The notes under the pieces are model-generated. The model saw only the letters and a list, made by a program, of their open reading frames with translations. It made no database searches and was not told the origin of the DNA. Both the position numbers and the translations under genes were made by a program. From an uncultured Gemmatimonadales bacterium (lineage in GTDB: Bacteria > Gemmatimonadota > Gemmatimonadetes > Longimicrobiales > Gaopeijiaceae): a DNA stretch of 64,000 bases. This document shows positions 31,813 through 41,624 of this stretch, in pieces. The stretch covers positions 96,001 to 160,000 of the forward strand of contig CAWGKG010000008.1 of the NCBI GenBank assembly GCA_963823035.1, in the 5' to 3' direction. Within the stretch, counting starts at the first letter, position 1. Every line of letters starts with the position of its first letter.

Positions 31813-33445
31813 TCAGCGCGCCTCGACGGTCGCTGCCGCGATGCGGGTGGCCGACGCGGCGGACATGCTCTCGTAGTAGCGGACGAAGCGCGCGGGTTCC
31901 TCGGCGTCGTAGTCCGCGAGGTTGTGCGCCCACCGGTAGCCGATGGGCTGGTACCAGAGCTCCGCCTCGACCGTGAAGGGGCCGCGCGCTCCCCGCAGGT
32001 CCACCGCGTAGCGGACCCGGTCGGACCCGCCGGTGAAGTCGTCGTCACCGGAGGCGTGGCCGTGCACCGCGATCGCGTCCTCGGCTCCGGCCTTCGCGAA
32101 GCCACGGGGCAGGATCCGGTTGTCCTTGGCGTAGCGCACGGCGCGGATCAGCCCCGTCGTCACCTTCCCCCCGGCGTCGGCCAGGATCCCCTCGTAGATC
32201 TGCACCTGGTCCGGGCGGTCGATGAGCGTGTAGTGCGGCTCGAAGCGTGCCGCCTCCTCGTCGTTGTCGTTGCCGAGGATGTGCCCGTCCGCGGCGAGGG
32301 CGCCGGACTCGAACACAGAACGTCCGGACGGGTCCCGCACGGTGACGTGCAGCCAGGCGCGCCGCGACGGGTACGCGGTCGGCAGCTTGTGGCCGGCGAG
32401 GTTGGTCACGGCGACCTCGGCCGTGAGCCGGTCGCCGTCCACGGCCACGTCGCGGACCTCGAGCTTCGCGGCGCGCGTCCGCAGGTACTCCTCGGTACCG
32501 GACGCGGCGGCGTCGAGCTCCTGGGACAGCGCCTCCACACCCAGCTCGTCGCGGTAGCGGTCGAGCATGCGCTGCATGAAGAAGTTGCCGCCGTGGAAGG
32601 TGTGCGTGGACACGTTCGCGCGAGGCTGGCCCAGGACGGACGTGACCGGCACCTCCTGGGGCACCTCGGGCATGTGGCAACCCTGGCAGCTCTGCTCGTC
32701 CACGAACGCGGACGCCTTCCACTCGAGGAAGGGCATCTGCTCGGGCAGCTCGCCGGCCTCCTCGCCGTTCTCGTCGAGCGCCTTGGTGAAGAGGGTGTGG
32801 CACGAGGCGCACAGCTCGGACGACTGGATGTGGCTCGACTCGGTCGGCTCGAACCCGGAGGAGGAGCGCATGACACGCTGACGGCCGCGGTCGGTCTCGA
32901 ACGGCCCGAACACCTTCCGCTCGCCCTCCGGCGTGGTGGCGTCGAGGTGGACGTCGCCGTTGAACGTCTCGCGGCTCCCCAGGCCGTCGGGCTGGATCTG
33001 GTGGCACATCGTGCAGGACACCCCGTCCGCGGCGAGCGCCGCCTCCGCCCCCTCGGCGCCGAGGATGGGGAGGTTGGCGAACACCTCTCCGAGCCGTCCC
33101 GACGCGTGGGCCGTGTAGCGGGCCATGGGCATGTGGCAGATCGAGCACTCGTCCTCGATGACCGCGCCCGCGGAGGGATGGTCCATCGTCTCGCGGCGGA
33201 CGGACGCCTGCCAGTAGGGGTCGCGTGCCGAGTTGGCCATCATCGACGCGCGCCACGCGTAGCCGATCGAGACGTCGCGTCCCGTCGGGGGCCGTGACGC
33301 CCTTGTGGCACGCCAGGCAGCGATCCGACGTGTGGAAGAGCACGGGCGGATCGTCGGGGCCCGGTGCGGCGAGCCGAACCGGCGCCGACGCCCAGGCCAC
33401 CATCGCCGAAGAGGCGGCGAGGAGGATGCGGAGAAGCAGGGGCAT
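31813..33445 (-). CDS. Periplasmic pentaheme cytochrome c with a C-terminal beta domain; frameshift near 33275
   Basis: Signal peptide, heme motifs CLACH, CSICH, CTMCH, CASCH and CQGCH, plus SMMANSARDP, THTFHGG and AGHKLPT. Confidence 0.9.
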
Positions 33446-33454
33446 GCTCGTCTC

Positions 33455-34582
33455 CTACCAGCCGTCGAGGAAGCCGCCGTCGAACCAATCCCACAGGAGG
33501 TAGAGCATCAGGCTCGGGGAGCGGCCGGCGGTCTCGGTCACGGGCACGCTCATGCCGACGCTCGCCAGGATGTGCTGGCGCCGGCTCAGCGACACCTGGA
33601 GCTGCGGGACGAGGTCGATGAGCGTCTCGCCCTCGGCACGGTCCCGCACGGTGAGCATCTCCACCATGGGCGACCACGACCGGCCCCACCCCTGGTCCTG
33701 CGCGAACGTCTTGCCGAGGGCGATACGGAGGAACATCTCCTCGACCTCGAACGGTCCCTCGGCGCCGCTCTGCACGTGCAGGAAGCCTCCCGCCGGGAGG
33801 ATCTGTCCGAAGGCGACGAACCCCTCCACCATCGTCTCGCCGCCGCCGAGGCCCTTGGCCTCGTTGCCGGTAGGGAGCTTCACCTCGCCGCCGAGGCTGA
33901 GGATGCTCCCCCGCTCCGGGTCGTGCCACATCGCCCGCTTGAGCCCGAGCGCGATGTCGCCGAGCCCGTTGACGCGACCGCCCTCCACCGCGTCCGACTC
34001 CACGTACGAGGCGAAGGGGATCGACACCTCGAACTGGCTCTGATGCCCGAAGCGCCGCTCGTAGACCAGCGTCGCGTCCACCGCGGCGCCCGACTCGAGC
34101 GCGGTCGCCGTCGTGAGCACGGCTTCGTCCTCGGGGTAGGCCTTCTCGGTCGCGAACGCCCTCGGGAGGTTGAGCTCGCCGCGCGGCCAGGAGGGGTCGT
34201 GGCAGAGCGACTTGACGTAGTCGACCACGCGCTCGAGCTGCTCCACGGTGAGTGCGTCGCCGAAGGCCGGCATGATCGTGCTGAAGCCGTTCCTGGCCCC
34301 GCCCTCGTGCGCCATCGCGACCCACTGATCCTTCGGCTCGCGGGACGAGAAGCCGCAGTCGCTGAAGTCGGGGAGCGGCTGCTCGAAGCCGACGAGCGCC
34401 CGGTCCTGGCCCCTTCCGTCCGCGGCGTGGCAGCCGACGCAGGCCGCCTGGAAGATCTCGCGACCGCTCAGGTCCTCCGGGAGCGCCGGATACCCGTTCG
34501 CCTGCGCGCGGGCGGTGGTGGGAAGGAGCGCCGCGACGCACAGGAGCGCGCCCGCGACCCCCTTCGGCGTGCCGTGCCGGAT
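33455..34582 (-). CDS. Monoheme cytochrome c fused to a predicted outer-membrane beta-barrel
   Basis: The frame is open upstream of ATG 34315 and encodes a signal peptide (TARAQ), GREIFQAACVGCH and IMPAF. It continues into amphipathic strands (GLGDIALGLK, EVKLPTG) and ends in W. The apparent start codon is ATC at 34582. Confidence 0.82.
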   Translation of the reverse strand: MRHGTPKGVAGALLCVAALLPTTARAQANGYPALPEDLSGREIFQAACVGCHAADGRGQDRALVGFEQPLPDFSDCGFSSREPKDQWVAMAHEGGARNGFSTIMPAFGDALTVEQLERVVDYVKSLCHDPSWPRGELNLPRAFATEKAYPEDEAVLTTATALESGAAVDATLVYERRFGHQSQFEVSIPFASYVESDAVEGGRVNGLGDIALGLKRAMWHDPERGSILSLGGEVKLPTGNEAKGLGGGETMVEGFVAFGQILPAGGFLHVQSGAEGPFEVEEMFLRIALGKTFAQDQGWGRSWSPMVEMLTVRDRAEGETLIDLVPQLQVSLSRRQHILASVGMSVPVTETAGRSPSLMLYLLWDWFDGGFLDGW

Positions 34583-34834
34583 GCTCTCCTCCTCGCCGGG
34601 GCGGATACCGGGGTTCCTGGTGAGGCGGGACCTTAGGGCGAGGGGTCGGGAGGCGCCAGCCCGCGGGCGCCGATCCGGCGGCCGGATCTCGCGACTTGTC
34701 GTACGGGTAAGCGAATAGGTAGGATCGTGCAGGGGCCTTCAGGGGCTCCCTGCCCGCCCGATGCGCGGGAAGCATGCGGGGTCGGGGCTGGAGGAAGGGG
34801 ATCGGGATGGGATGACCCTCGCCGCGGGGCGAAC

Positions 34835-35905
34835 GTGTTCACACGCTGCATCTTCTGCCACAAGCCGTTCCCGGAGAACGGCCGACTGGTTCATCTGCCG
34901 CACGGGCGCCGCATCGCCTACGATCCCGTGGAGGGGCGGCTGTGGACGGTGTGCGAGAGCTGCCACCGCTGGAACCTCTGCCCCATCGAGCACCGCGAGG
35001 CCGCGCTCTACGAGCTCGAGCGCCTCGCCCGGGATCAGGCCAAGCACGTGGCGCATACGGCGCACGTCTCCCTTCTCACGGTCGGCTCCCTCCTCCTGAT
35101 CCGCGTCGGTGAGGCCCCGCTCGTCGAGCAGGCCTGGTGGCGGTACGGGCGCGAGCTACGCAAGCGCAAGGCCTCGTACGACAGCGTGCGCTCGAAGGTG
35201 ACGGCCGCGACGTTCGGGACGGTCGCGTACGTCGGAGATCTGCTGGGCCTGACCGACTGGGACGTGTCGATCGACTGGGAGGACACCCCCGTCGCGGACA
35301 TCCTGCGCTGGAGGCGCTTCGGCTGGGCGGCGTGGCACGGACGGGAGACCTGCCCCTACTGCAACAGCACGCTGCGCGCCCTGCGCTACGAGCTGTCGTG
35401 GTGGGCGTATCCACTGCGCGGCGAGGATGGGAGCCTCGGGATCGGCATCCCCTGCCAGCGCTGCGACCCGTGGACGCCCGAGAAGATCTACGAGCTGAAG
35501 GGCGACGTGGCGGAGAACGTGCTTCGGCGCGTGCTCGCCTACCAGAACATCGCCGGCGCCTCCGAGCGCAGGATCACCGACGCCGCGCTGGCGATCGAGC
35601 GGGCGGGATCCGTCGGAGGCTTCGCGTTGGGCGCCACGGAGAGGCACGAGACGCTCTGGCGGATGGGTCCGACCCGGACGATCGCGCTCGAGATCGCGCT
35701 CAACGAGACGGTGGAGCGGCGCATGTTGGACCTCGAGGTGCGCGCGCTCGAGTTCCTGTGGAAGCGCGAGGAGGAGCTGGCCCGGATCATCGATACGGAG
35801 CTGACGCCGCGCAGGCTCTTCGAGGTGCACCTGCGCCGGTTGCCGATCCGCCTGAGGCCCCGGCCGGTCTCGAACCTCGTGGCAGACGCGGACGCGCTCC
35901 GGTAG
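34835..35905 (+). CDS. Hypothetical cytoplasmic protein with two predicted Zn ribbons
   Basis: GTG start. CIFC...RIAYDPVEGRLWTVCESC, CPYC...CQRC, and C-terminal ALEIALNE...WKREEELARIID. Confidence 0.75.
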   Translation: MFTRCIFCHKPFPENGRLVHLPHGRRIAYDPVEGRLWTVCESCHRWNLCPIEHREAALYELERLARDQAKHVAHTAHVSLLTVGSLLLIRVGEAPLVEQAWWRYGRELRKRKASYDSVRSKVTAATFGTVAYVGDLLGLTDWDVSIDWEDTPVADILRWRRFGWAAWHGRETCPYCNSTLRALRYELSWWAYPLRGEDGSLGIGIPCQRCDPWTPEKIYELKGDVAENVLRRVLAYQNIAGASERRITDAALAIERAGSVGGFALGATERHETLWRMGPTRTIALEIALNETVERRMLDLEVRALEFLWKREEELARIIDTELTPRRLFEVHLRRLPIRLRPRPVSNLVADADALR

Positions 35906-35913
35906 CTCGCGGG

Positions 35914-37020
35914 TTATCGCGGCGCGTCCGGCAGGCCTCCAGGCCCCTCCATTCCGGGATGTCCGTACCTCGTGGATCGTATGTCCTGGATGCGCTGCAC
36001 GTACTCCACGTCGCTCATGCCGTTCTGCCAGACGCCGGCGGCCCGCGCGCCCACGTATCCGGTGAGGAAGAGCGCGACGATCGCCGCTGCGTAGGCGAGG
36101 GGCCCGAGGCGGTGACCCGCCACGCCCACCGCGAGCGCGTCCTTCTTGGGACACACCGCCACGCAGTCGAGGCAGCCCGTGCATTCGGGGCTGGTCACGG
36201 CCGGCTTCGACGAGATGGGCAGGCGGGCCATGCAGGCCTTGTCGCACAGGCCGCAGGAGACGCACAGGTCCGCGTCCCGGCGGACCTTCACCGGCGACGC
36301 CCAGGAGAAGAGCCCGAGCAGCGCGCCGTAGGGGCAGAGGTAGCGGCACCAGACGCCCTGGACGAACACGGAGCCGACCACGAGCGCGCCCAGGACCAGG
36401 ATGCCGATGCGGCCCATGTCGGTGAAGAAGAGCTCCATCTTCACGTCGGCCACGCGGTTGTACGGCGAGTCCAGGAATGCGGACAGCGCTTGCGGCGACA
36501 TGGCCAGGATCGCCCAGAGGAAGAAGGCGAGCAGGGCGTACTTGAGGCCCCGCAGCGGCAGGTCCACCCACGTCCAGAAGCGGAAGTTGCGTCCGAAGGC
36601 CCAGCGTCCGAAGCGGGCGAGCGTCTCGGAGAGGAAGCCGACCGGACACACCCACGAGCAGAACGACTTGCGCAGCAGCACCGCCAGAGCGACCGCGATG
36701 AGCACGAGGACCGTGGCCGCCGGATGGATGACGTTGAGCGCGCCCTGGTGGAACCAGTCCACCAGGCCCATCAGGCCGCTGATGGGCAGGAAGGCCTCGA
36801 CGCCGGCCGGGCGCCCGGGAAGCGGGAGCGTGCCGGCCTCGGCGGCCACGACGAAGCGCTCGAACCGGATCCCGACCAGCACGCAGACGGCCGCGAACGC
36901 GACCTGGACGACGCGGCGCACGCGGAACCGGCGCTCGGCGCGTCGACCGCTGCGACCGGCGAGCCACTCGGGCAGCCCGGAGATACGGGGCGAGGTCTTC
37001 ATGTGGCTAAAGATGCCCAC
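35914..37020 (-). CDS. Membrane polyferredoxin / 4Fe-4S binding protein (NapH/MauN/YccM-like)
   Basis: FCSWVCPVG, WCRYLCPYG, CVSCGLCDKAC and CTGCLDCVAVCP, with several TM helices. Confidence 0.9.
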   Translation of the reverse strand: MGIFSHMKTSPRISGLPEWLAGRSGRRAERRFRVRRVVQVAFAAVCVLVGIRFERFVVAAEAGTLPLPGRPAGVEAFLPISGLMGLVDWFHQGALNVIHPAATVLVLIAVALAVLLRKSFCSWVCPVGFLSETLARFGRWAFGRNFRFWTWVDLPLRGLKYALLAFFLWAILAMSPQALSAFLDSPYNRVADVKMELFFTDMGRIGILVLGALVVGSVFVQGVWCRYLCPYGALLGLFSWASPVKVRRDADLCVSCGLCDKACMARLPISSKPAVTSPECTGCLDCVAVCPKKDALAVGVAGHRLGPLAYAAAIVALFLTGYVGARAAGVWQNGMSDVEYVQRIQDIRSTRYGHPGMEGPGGLPDAPR

Positions 37021-37098
37021 GCGGACCGTCGCACGTCGTCGGGTGGAGCCCGAGATCGCGGGAGGGGAATGCCCTACGGAAAGTCCCGCATACGGGCC

Positions 37099-38083
37099 CT
37101 ACCAGCGCGGGTGGACGTCGGCGCGGAGGTGCTCGTCGTAGATGCGGGCGATCCGCCGCATCGCCTCGGGGGAGAGCTCGGGGAGCTCCGAGGCGCGCGC
37201 GTTGTCACGCGCCTGCTCCGGCGTCTTCGCGCCCGGGATCACCGCGCTCACCGCCGGATGCATGAGGATCCACCGGAGCGCGAGCTGCGCCATGGTGGCC
37301 CCCTCGGGGACGAGCTCGCGCAGCTCCTCCACCGCCCTCAGCCCACGCGCGTAGTCGACGCCGGAGAACGTCTCGCCCACGTCGAAGGACTCCCCGTGGC
37401 GGTTGAAGCTCCGGTGGTCGTCGTCTGCGAACTCCGTGCTCGGCGTCATCTTGCCGGTGAGCAGGCCGGACGCCAGCGGCACCCGCGCGAGGATGCCCAC
37501 GTTCCGCTCGGCGGCCCGCGCGAAGAAGCGCTCGGCCGGCCGCTGCCGGAAGACGTTGAAGATGATCTGCACGCTCTCCACGCCGGGAAACTCGATGGCC
37601 TTGAGGGCCTCCTCCACCTTCTCGACGCTCACGCCGTAGTGCGCGATCTTCCCGGCCGCCTTGAGGCGGTCCAGCCCGGCGAACAGGGCGGGGTCGTAGT
37701 AGACCTCCGTGGGCGGGCAGTGGAGCTGGACGAGGTCGAGCGTGTCCTGTTGGAGGTACTCGCCGGCTGCGATCCACGAACGCCTCGATGTTCGCCGGCG
37801 TGTACCCCGCGGCGACGTGCGGGTCGAGGCGACGCCCCGCCTTCGTGGCGATCGTCGGGCGCGGCTCGCGGCCGGCGCTCGCGCGCGCGACCAGGCGTTC
37901 GCTGCGCCCGTCGCCGTAGACGTCGGCGGTGTCCACGAGCGTCATCCCGGCGTCGAGCGCGCTCTCGAGCGTGGCGAGCGCCACGTCCTCCTCCACGTGT
38001 CCCCAGTCGGCGCCGATCGCCCACGCGCCGAAGCCGACCTCCGACACCTCGAACCCCGTGCTGCCCAGCGGTCTCGTCTTCAT
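37099..38083 (-). CDS. Aldo/keto reductase; frameshift near 37760
   Basis: Motifs SEVGFGAWAIG, DTADVYGDGRSE, LDLVQLHCPP, PLASGLLTGK and VIPGAK. Confidence 0.93.
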
Positions 38084-38091
38084 GGCGCGCC

Positions 38092-40359
38092 CTATCGCCC
38101 CCCCGGAGGGAGGTGCTCCTCCAGGTAGCTCGTAAGCAGCGTGCGCAGGTGGAGCGTGGTGCCCGGCCCCTCGTAGATGCCGTGCGTCCGGTTCGGATAC
38201 GCCATCATCGTGAACGGCTTGTCGAGCTCCACCAGCCGGTTGATGAGGCGCTGCGTGCCCTGGTAGTGGACGTTGTCGTCGCCGGTGCCGTGCACGATGA
38301 GGAGGTCGCCCTGCAGCCCCTCCGCGAAGTTGATCGGCGAGCCCTTCCGATACCCCTCCGCGTACTCCGGCAGGACGCCGGAATAGCGCTCCTGGTAGAT
38401 GGCGTCGTAGAGACGCTGGTCGGGCACGGGCGCCACGGACATCCCCACGGAGTACAGCTCGGGATGGCGGAACATCAGGTTGAGCGTCATCGAACCGCCG
38501 CCGCTCCAACCCCAGACGCCGATGCGGTCACCGTCCACGTACGGGAGGTCGCGCACGCCCGATTGGCCGCCGCCTGGTCCTCGGAAGCGAGCACGCCGAT
38601 GGCGCCGTGCACGCTCTTGCGCCACGCACGCCCGCGCGGATCGGGCTGACCGCGGTTGTCCACGCTCGCCACGATGTAGCCCTGTCTGCGTGAGCATGAG
38701 GTGCCACAGGTAGGTCGCCCCGCCCCACTGGTCCTGGACGGTCTGCCCCGCCGGCTCGCCGTACACGTAGAAGAGCACCGGGTACTTCTTCGCCGGATCG
38801 AAGTCCGGCGGCTTCATCATCCAGGCGTCCAGGTCGGGCCCACCGTCGTCGCGGTGGATGCGCATGAACTCCGCGTCGCCCTTGTCGAGCGCGGCCACGG
38901 CCGTCTTCAGCGCGGCGTTGTCCTCGAGCACCCGCACGGTCGCGTGCCCCGGGAGGTCCACCAGCGTCCACGCGGTCGGCAGATCGAAGCGCGAGTACGT
39001 GTGGAACGCCCACTTCCCGTCGGGCGAGACGTCGTATCCGTTCCACCCGTCCTGGTCGGCCGGAGTCAGGCGTTCGGGCGTACCCTTCCCGTCCAGCCTC
39101 CCGCGGTAGAGGTAGCGCTGGGCGGGGCTGTCCGGCGAAGCGATGAAGTAGATCCAGCCGCCCTTCTGGTCGACCAGGTCGACCTCGATCACGTCCATCG
39201 GCCAGGGCGTCAGGAGCTTCTCGCTCCCGTCGTCGCGCGAGATCGAGTAGACGTGCCTCCATCCGTCCTTCTCGCTCACCCACGTGAAGCGCTTGCCGCC
39301 GTCCAGCCAGAAGACGTCGTCGACCACGTCCACCCAGGCGGAGTCGGTGTCGACGTAGACCTCGCGGGTCTTCCCGGTGGCCGCATCGGCCATCAGCACG
39401 TGGTTCTCGTTCTGCGGGCGGTTCATGTGCTGGACGAGGAGGTGGCTCGAGTCGTCCGCCCACTCCACCCGGGGGATGTAGTGGTTGCGCGGATCGCCCG
39501 GCACGTCCATCCACACGGTCTCGCCGCCGTCGGCGCTCACCACCCCGACCCTCGCGGCCGACAGCACCTGCCCGACCTTGGGATACGGGATCGACTTGAA
39601 CTGCGGGTAGAGCGAGTCGGTGTAGTTCACGAGGACGAACTCGCGCACGCCCTCGCTGTCCATCTGCCAATAGGCGATGTGCGTGCCGTCCGGACTCCAG
39701 CGAAAGCCGTCCTGGATGCTGAACTCCTCCTCGTACGCCCAGCTGAAGTTCCCGTTGATGAGCGTGTGTGAGCCGCCGGTCGTGAGCCGGGTCCGCGTCC
39801 CGTCGGAGAGGCGCTCGACCCAGATGTCGTTGGCCTGCACGAACGCCACGCGGTCCCCCTGCGGGGAGAACTTGGCGAACATGAGCGTCGATTCGGGGAA
39901 GTCCGCCGCCACCTGATGGAGCCCACCGCCGTCCAGGTCGAGCACCCAGTAGTCGCCGCGGGTGTTCGTGCGCCATACCCGCTGTGTGTTCGTGAATACG
40001 AGCAGCTTCTTCCCGTCGTCGGACCAGCTGTAGTCCTCGGGGATGAGCGGCTGCGACGCGCCGGGCGGCACCAGGCGCGTCGCCGGGACGAGGACGCTGC
40101 GGGCCCCGCTCCTCGGGTCGTAGCGGACGATGTCCAGGCCGCGCACCGAGGGCGAGCGCTCGACCGTCGTGTAGCCCGATCCGTCCTCGAGCCAGCGTGC
40201 CGGGCCGAAGTAGGCCGACGCGAAGTCGCGCGACGCGAAGATGCGCTCGACCGTGAGGCGGGAGGGATTCTGTTGGGCCGCGGCCGGCGCGACGAGGGCC
40301 AGAAGGAGGATCGACGCGACGGTGGACGCGGATCGTATACGACGGGCGGAAGTCTCCAT
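38092..40359 (-). CDS. Secreted S9B dipeptidyl peptidase IV family protein; compensating frameshifts around 38560-38690
   Basis: Signal peptide, YEEEF, WSPDG, YPKVG, GWSGGG, DDNVH and RTH. The segment VASVDNRG lies in another frame. Confidence 0.93.
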   Translation of the reverse strand: METSARRIRSASTVASILLLALVAPAAAQQNPSRLTVERIFASRDFASAYFGPARWLEDGSGYTTVERSPSVRGLDIVRYDPRSGARSVLVPATRLVPPGASQPLIPEDYSWSDDGKKLLVFTNTQRVWRTNTRGDYWVLDLDGGGLHQVAADFPESTLMFAKFSPQGDRVAFVQANDIWVERLSDGTRTRLTTGGSHTLINGNFSWAYEEEFSIQDGFRWSPDGTHIAYWQMDSEGVREFVLVNYTDSLYPQFKSIPYPKVGQVLSAARVGVVSADGGETVWMDVPGDPRNHYIPRVEWADDSSHLLVQHMNRPQNENHVLMADAATGKTREVYVDTDSAWVDVVDDVFWLDGGKRFTWVSEKDGWRHVYSISRDDGSEKLLTPWPMDVIEVDLVDQKGGWIYFIASPDSPAQRYLYRGRLDGKGTPERLTPADQDGWNGYDVSPDGKWAFHTYSRFDLPTAWTLVDLPGHATVRVLEDNAALKTAVAALDKGDAEFMRIHRDDGGPDLDAWMMKPPDFDPAKKYPVLFYVYGEPAGQTVQDQWGGATYLWHLMLTQTGLHRGERGQPRSARSARACVAQERARRHRRARFRGPGGGQSGVRDLPYVDGDRIGVWGWSGGGSMTLNLMFRHPELYSVGMSVAPVPDQRLYDAIYQERYSGVLPEYAEGYRKGSPINFAEGLQGDLLIVHGTGDDNVHYQGTQRLINRLVELDKPFTMMAYPNRTHGIYEGPGTTLHLRTLLTSYLEEHLPPGGR

Positions 40360-40397
40360 GCGTCCCAGCTACACCCGCTCCCCGAGCGCGATCCCGC

Positions 40398-41621
40398 TCA
40401 CTCCCGCTCGCGGAGGACGATCCAGGTGGCGCCCATCAGGAGCGCGGCCGCGATCAGGAAGGGGAGCCCGGGGAGGTGCCATCCCTTCCAGGGCCCGATC
40501 GCCGCCGCGAAGGTCTGCGTGAACATCACCGGCGCGATGATGCCGGCCACTCCCATCAGGCTCGCGACGGCACCCTGCAGGCGGCCCTGCTCCGACTCGC
40601 CGACCCGGCCGGTCATGATGCTCTGCAGGTTCGGGTACGTGAAGCCGAAAAGCGCCGAGAAGGGGATCCCGACCAGGAAGAGGGGGCCCGTGGGCGCGAG
40701 CGCGAACACGATGAAGCCGAGCGTTCCGAACACCAGACCGGCCAGCAGCGCGCGCCGCTCCCCGAAGACGCGGGCCACCCGGCCGACGAGTCCCGCCTGG
40801 ACGATCATCGAGGCGACGCCCACCCCCGCGAGGACCAGGCCGACCGTGCGCTCCGTCCACGCGTAGCGGTAGTCGCCGTAGAGCACGAAGAGCGAGGGCA
40901 TCGCGTCGTGCGCCATCCGGTAGAGGAATGCGGCGGCCGCGAACCCGAAGAGCGCGCGGTGGCCCCGCAGGAAGCCCAGGGAGCCCAGCGGGTTGGCGTT
41001 GCGCAGGTCGAGCGGGGCGCGCCGCTCCGGCGGGAGCGATTCCGGGAGGATGAAGAAGCCGTAGGCGGTGCCGACCAGGCTCAGCGCGCCCGCCACCCAG
41101 AAGGGGAGGCGGAGGTCGACGCTCCCGAGCAGCCCCCCCGCGGCGGGCCCGAGCACGAAGCCGATCCCGAACGCCGCGCCGAGCAACCCGTAGTAGCCGG
41201 CGCGCTTCTCGCGCGCGGTCACGTCCGCGATGTAGGCGTACGCCGTGGCGTAGCTCGCCGAGGTGATCCCCGACAGGACGCGTCCCAGGAAGAGCCAGCG
41301 CAGCGTAGGCGCTGTAGCCATGATGAAGTAGTCGACCGCGAGGCCGAAGGTGGACAGGAGGATCACCCTTCTGCGACCGAACCGGTCCGAGAGCGCCCCG
41401 ATGAAGGGCGCGCACAGGAACTGCATGCCCGCCCACACCGTGCCGAACAGGCCGTAGTAGAGGGCCGCGCTCGCGGTGTCACCGCCCTCGAACTCGATGA
41501 TCAGCTTCGGCAGCACCGGGACGATGATGCCGAGTGCGAGCATGTCGAGGAGGACGGTGACGAAGATGAAGACGAAGGCGGCGCGCGTGGGGCCGCGGGG
41601 GTCGCCCTGGGGTTCGGTCAT
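40398..41621 (-). CDS. TCR/Tet family MFS efflux transporter
   Basis: Motifs LLDMLALGIIVPVLP, GALSDRFGRR, AYAYIADVT, GFVLGPAAGG and LPESLP. Confidence 0.92.
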   Translation of the reverse strand: MTEPQGDPRGPTRAAFVFIFVTVLLDMLALGIIVPVLPKLIIEFEGGDTASAALYYGLFGTVWAGMQFLCAPFIGALSDRFGRRRVILLSTFGLAVDYFIMATAPTLRWLFLGRVLSGITSASYATAYAYIADVTAREKRAGYYGLLGAAFGIGFVLGPAAGGLLGSVDLRLPFWVAGALSLVGTAYGFFILPESLPPERRAPLDLRNANPLGSLGFLRGHRALFGFAAAAFLYRMAHDAMPSLFVLYGDYRYAWTERTVGLVLAGVGVASMIVQAGLVGRVARVFGERRALLAGLVFGTLGFIVFALAPTGPLFLVGIPFSALFGFTYPNLQSIMTGRVGESEQGRLQGAVASLMGVAGIIAPVMFTQTFAAAIGPWKGWHLPGLPFLIAAALLMGATWIVLRERE

Positions 41622-41624
41622 GCG

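Noticed and set aside
37205..38509. ORF joining the DPP-IV end region to the aldo/keto reductase
   Set aside because: The upstream part is an off-frame overlap with DPP-IV. The reductase starts at 38083.
35137..38649. 1170-aa plus-strand ORF and similar long Arg/Gly/Pro-rich ORFs (115..2139, 2959..5118, 16582..18720, 42886..44940)
   Set aside because: They are off-frame or antisense shadows of well-supported genes.
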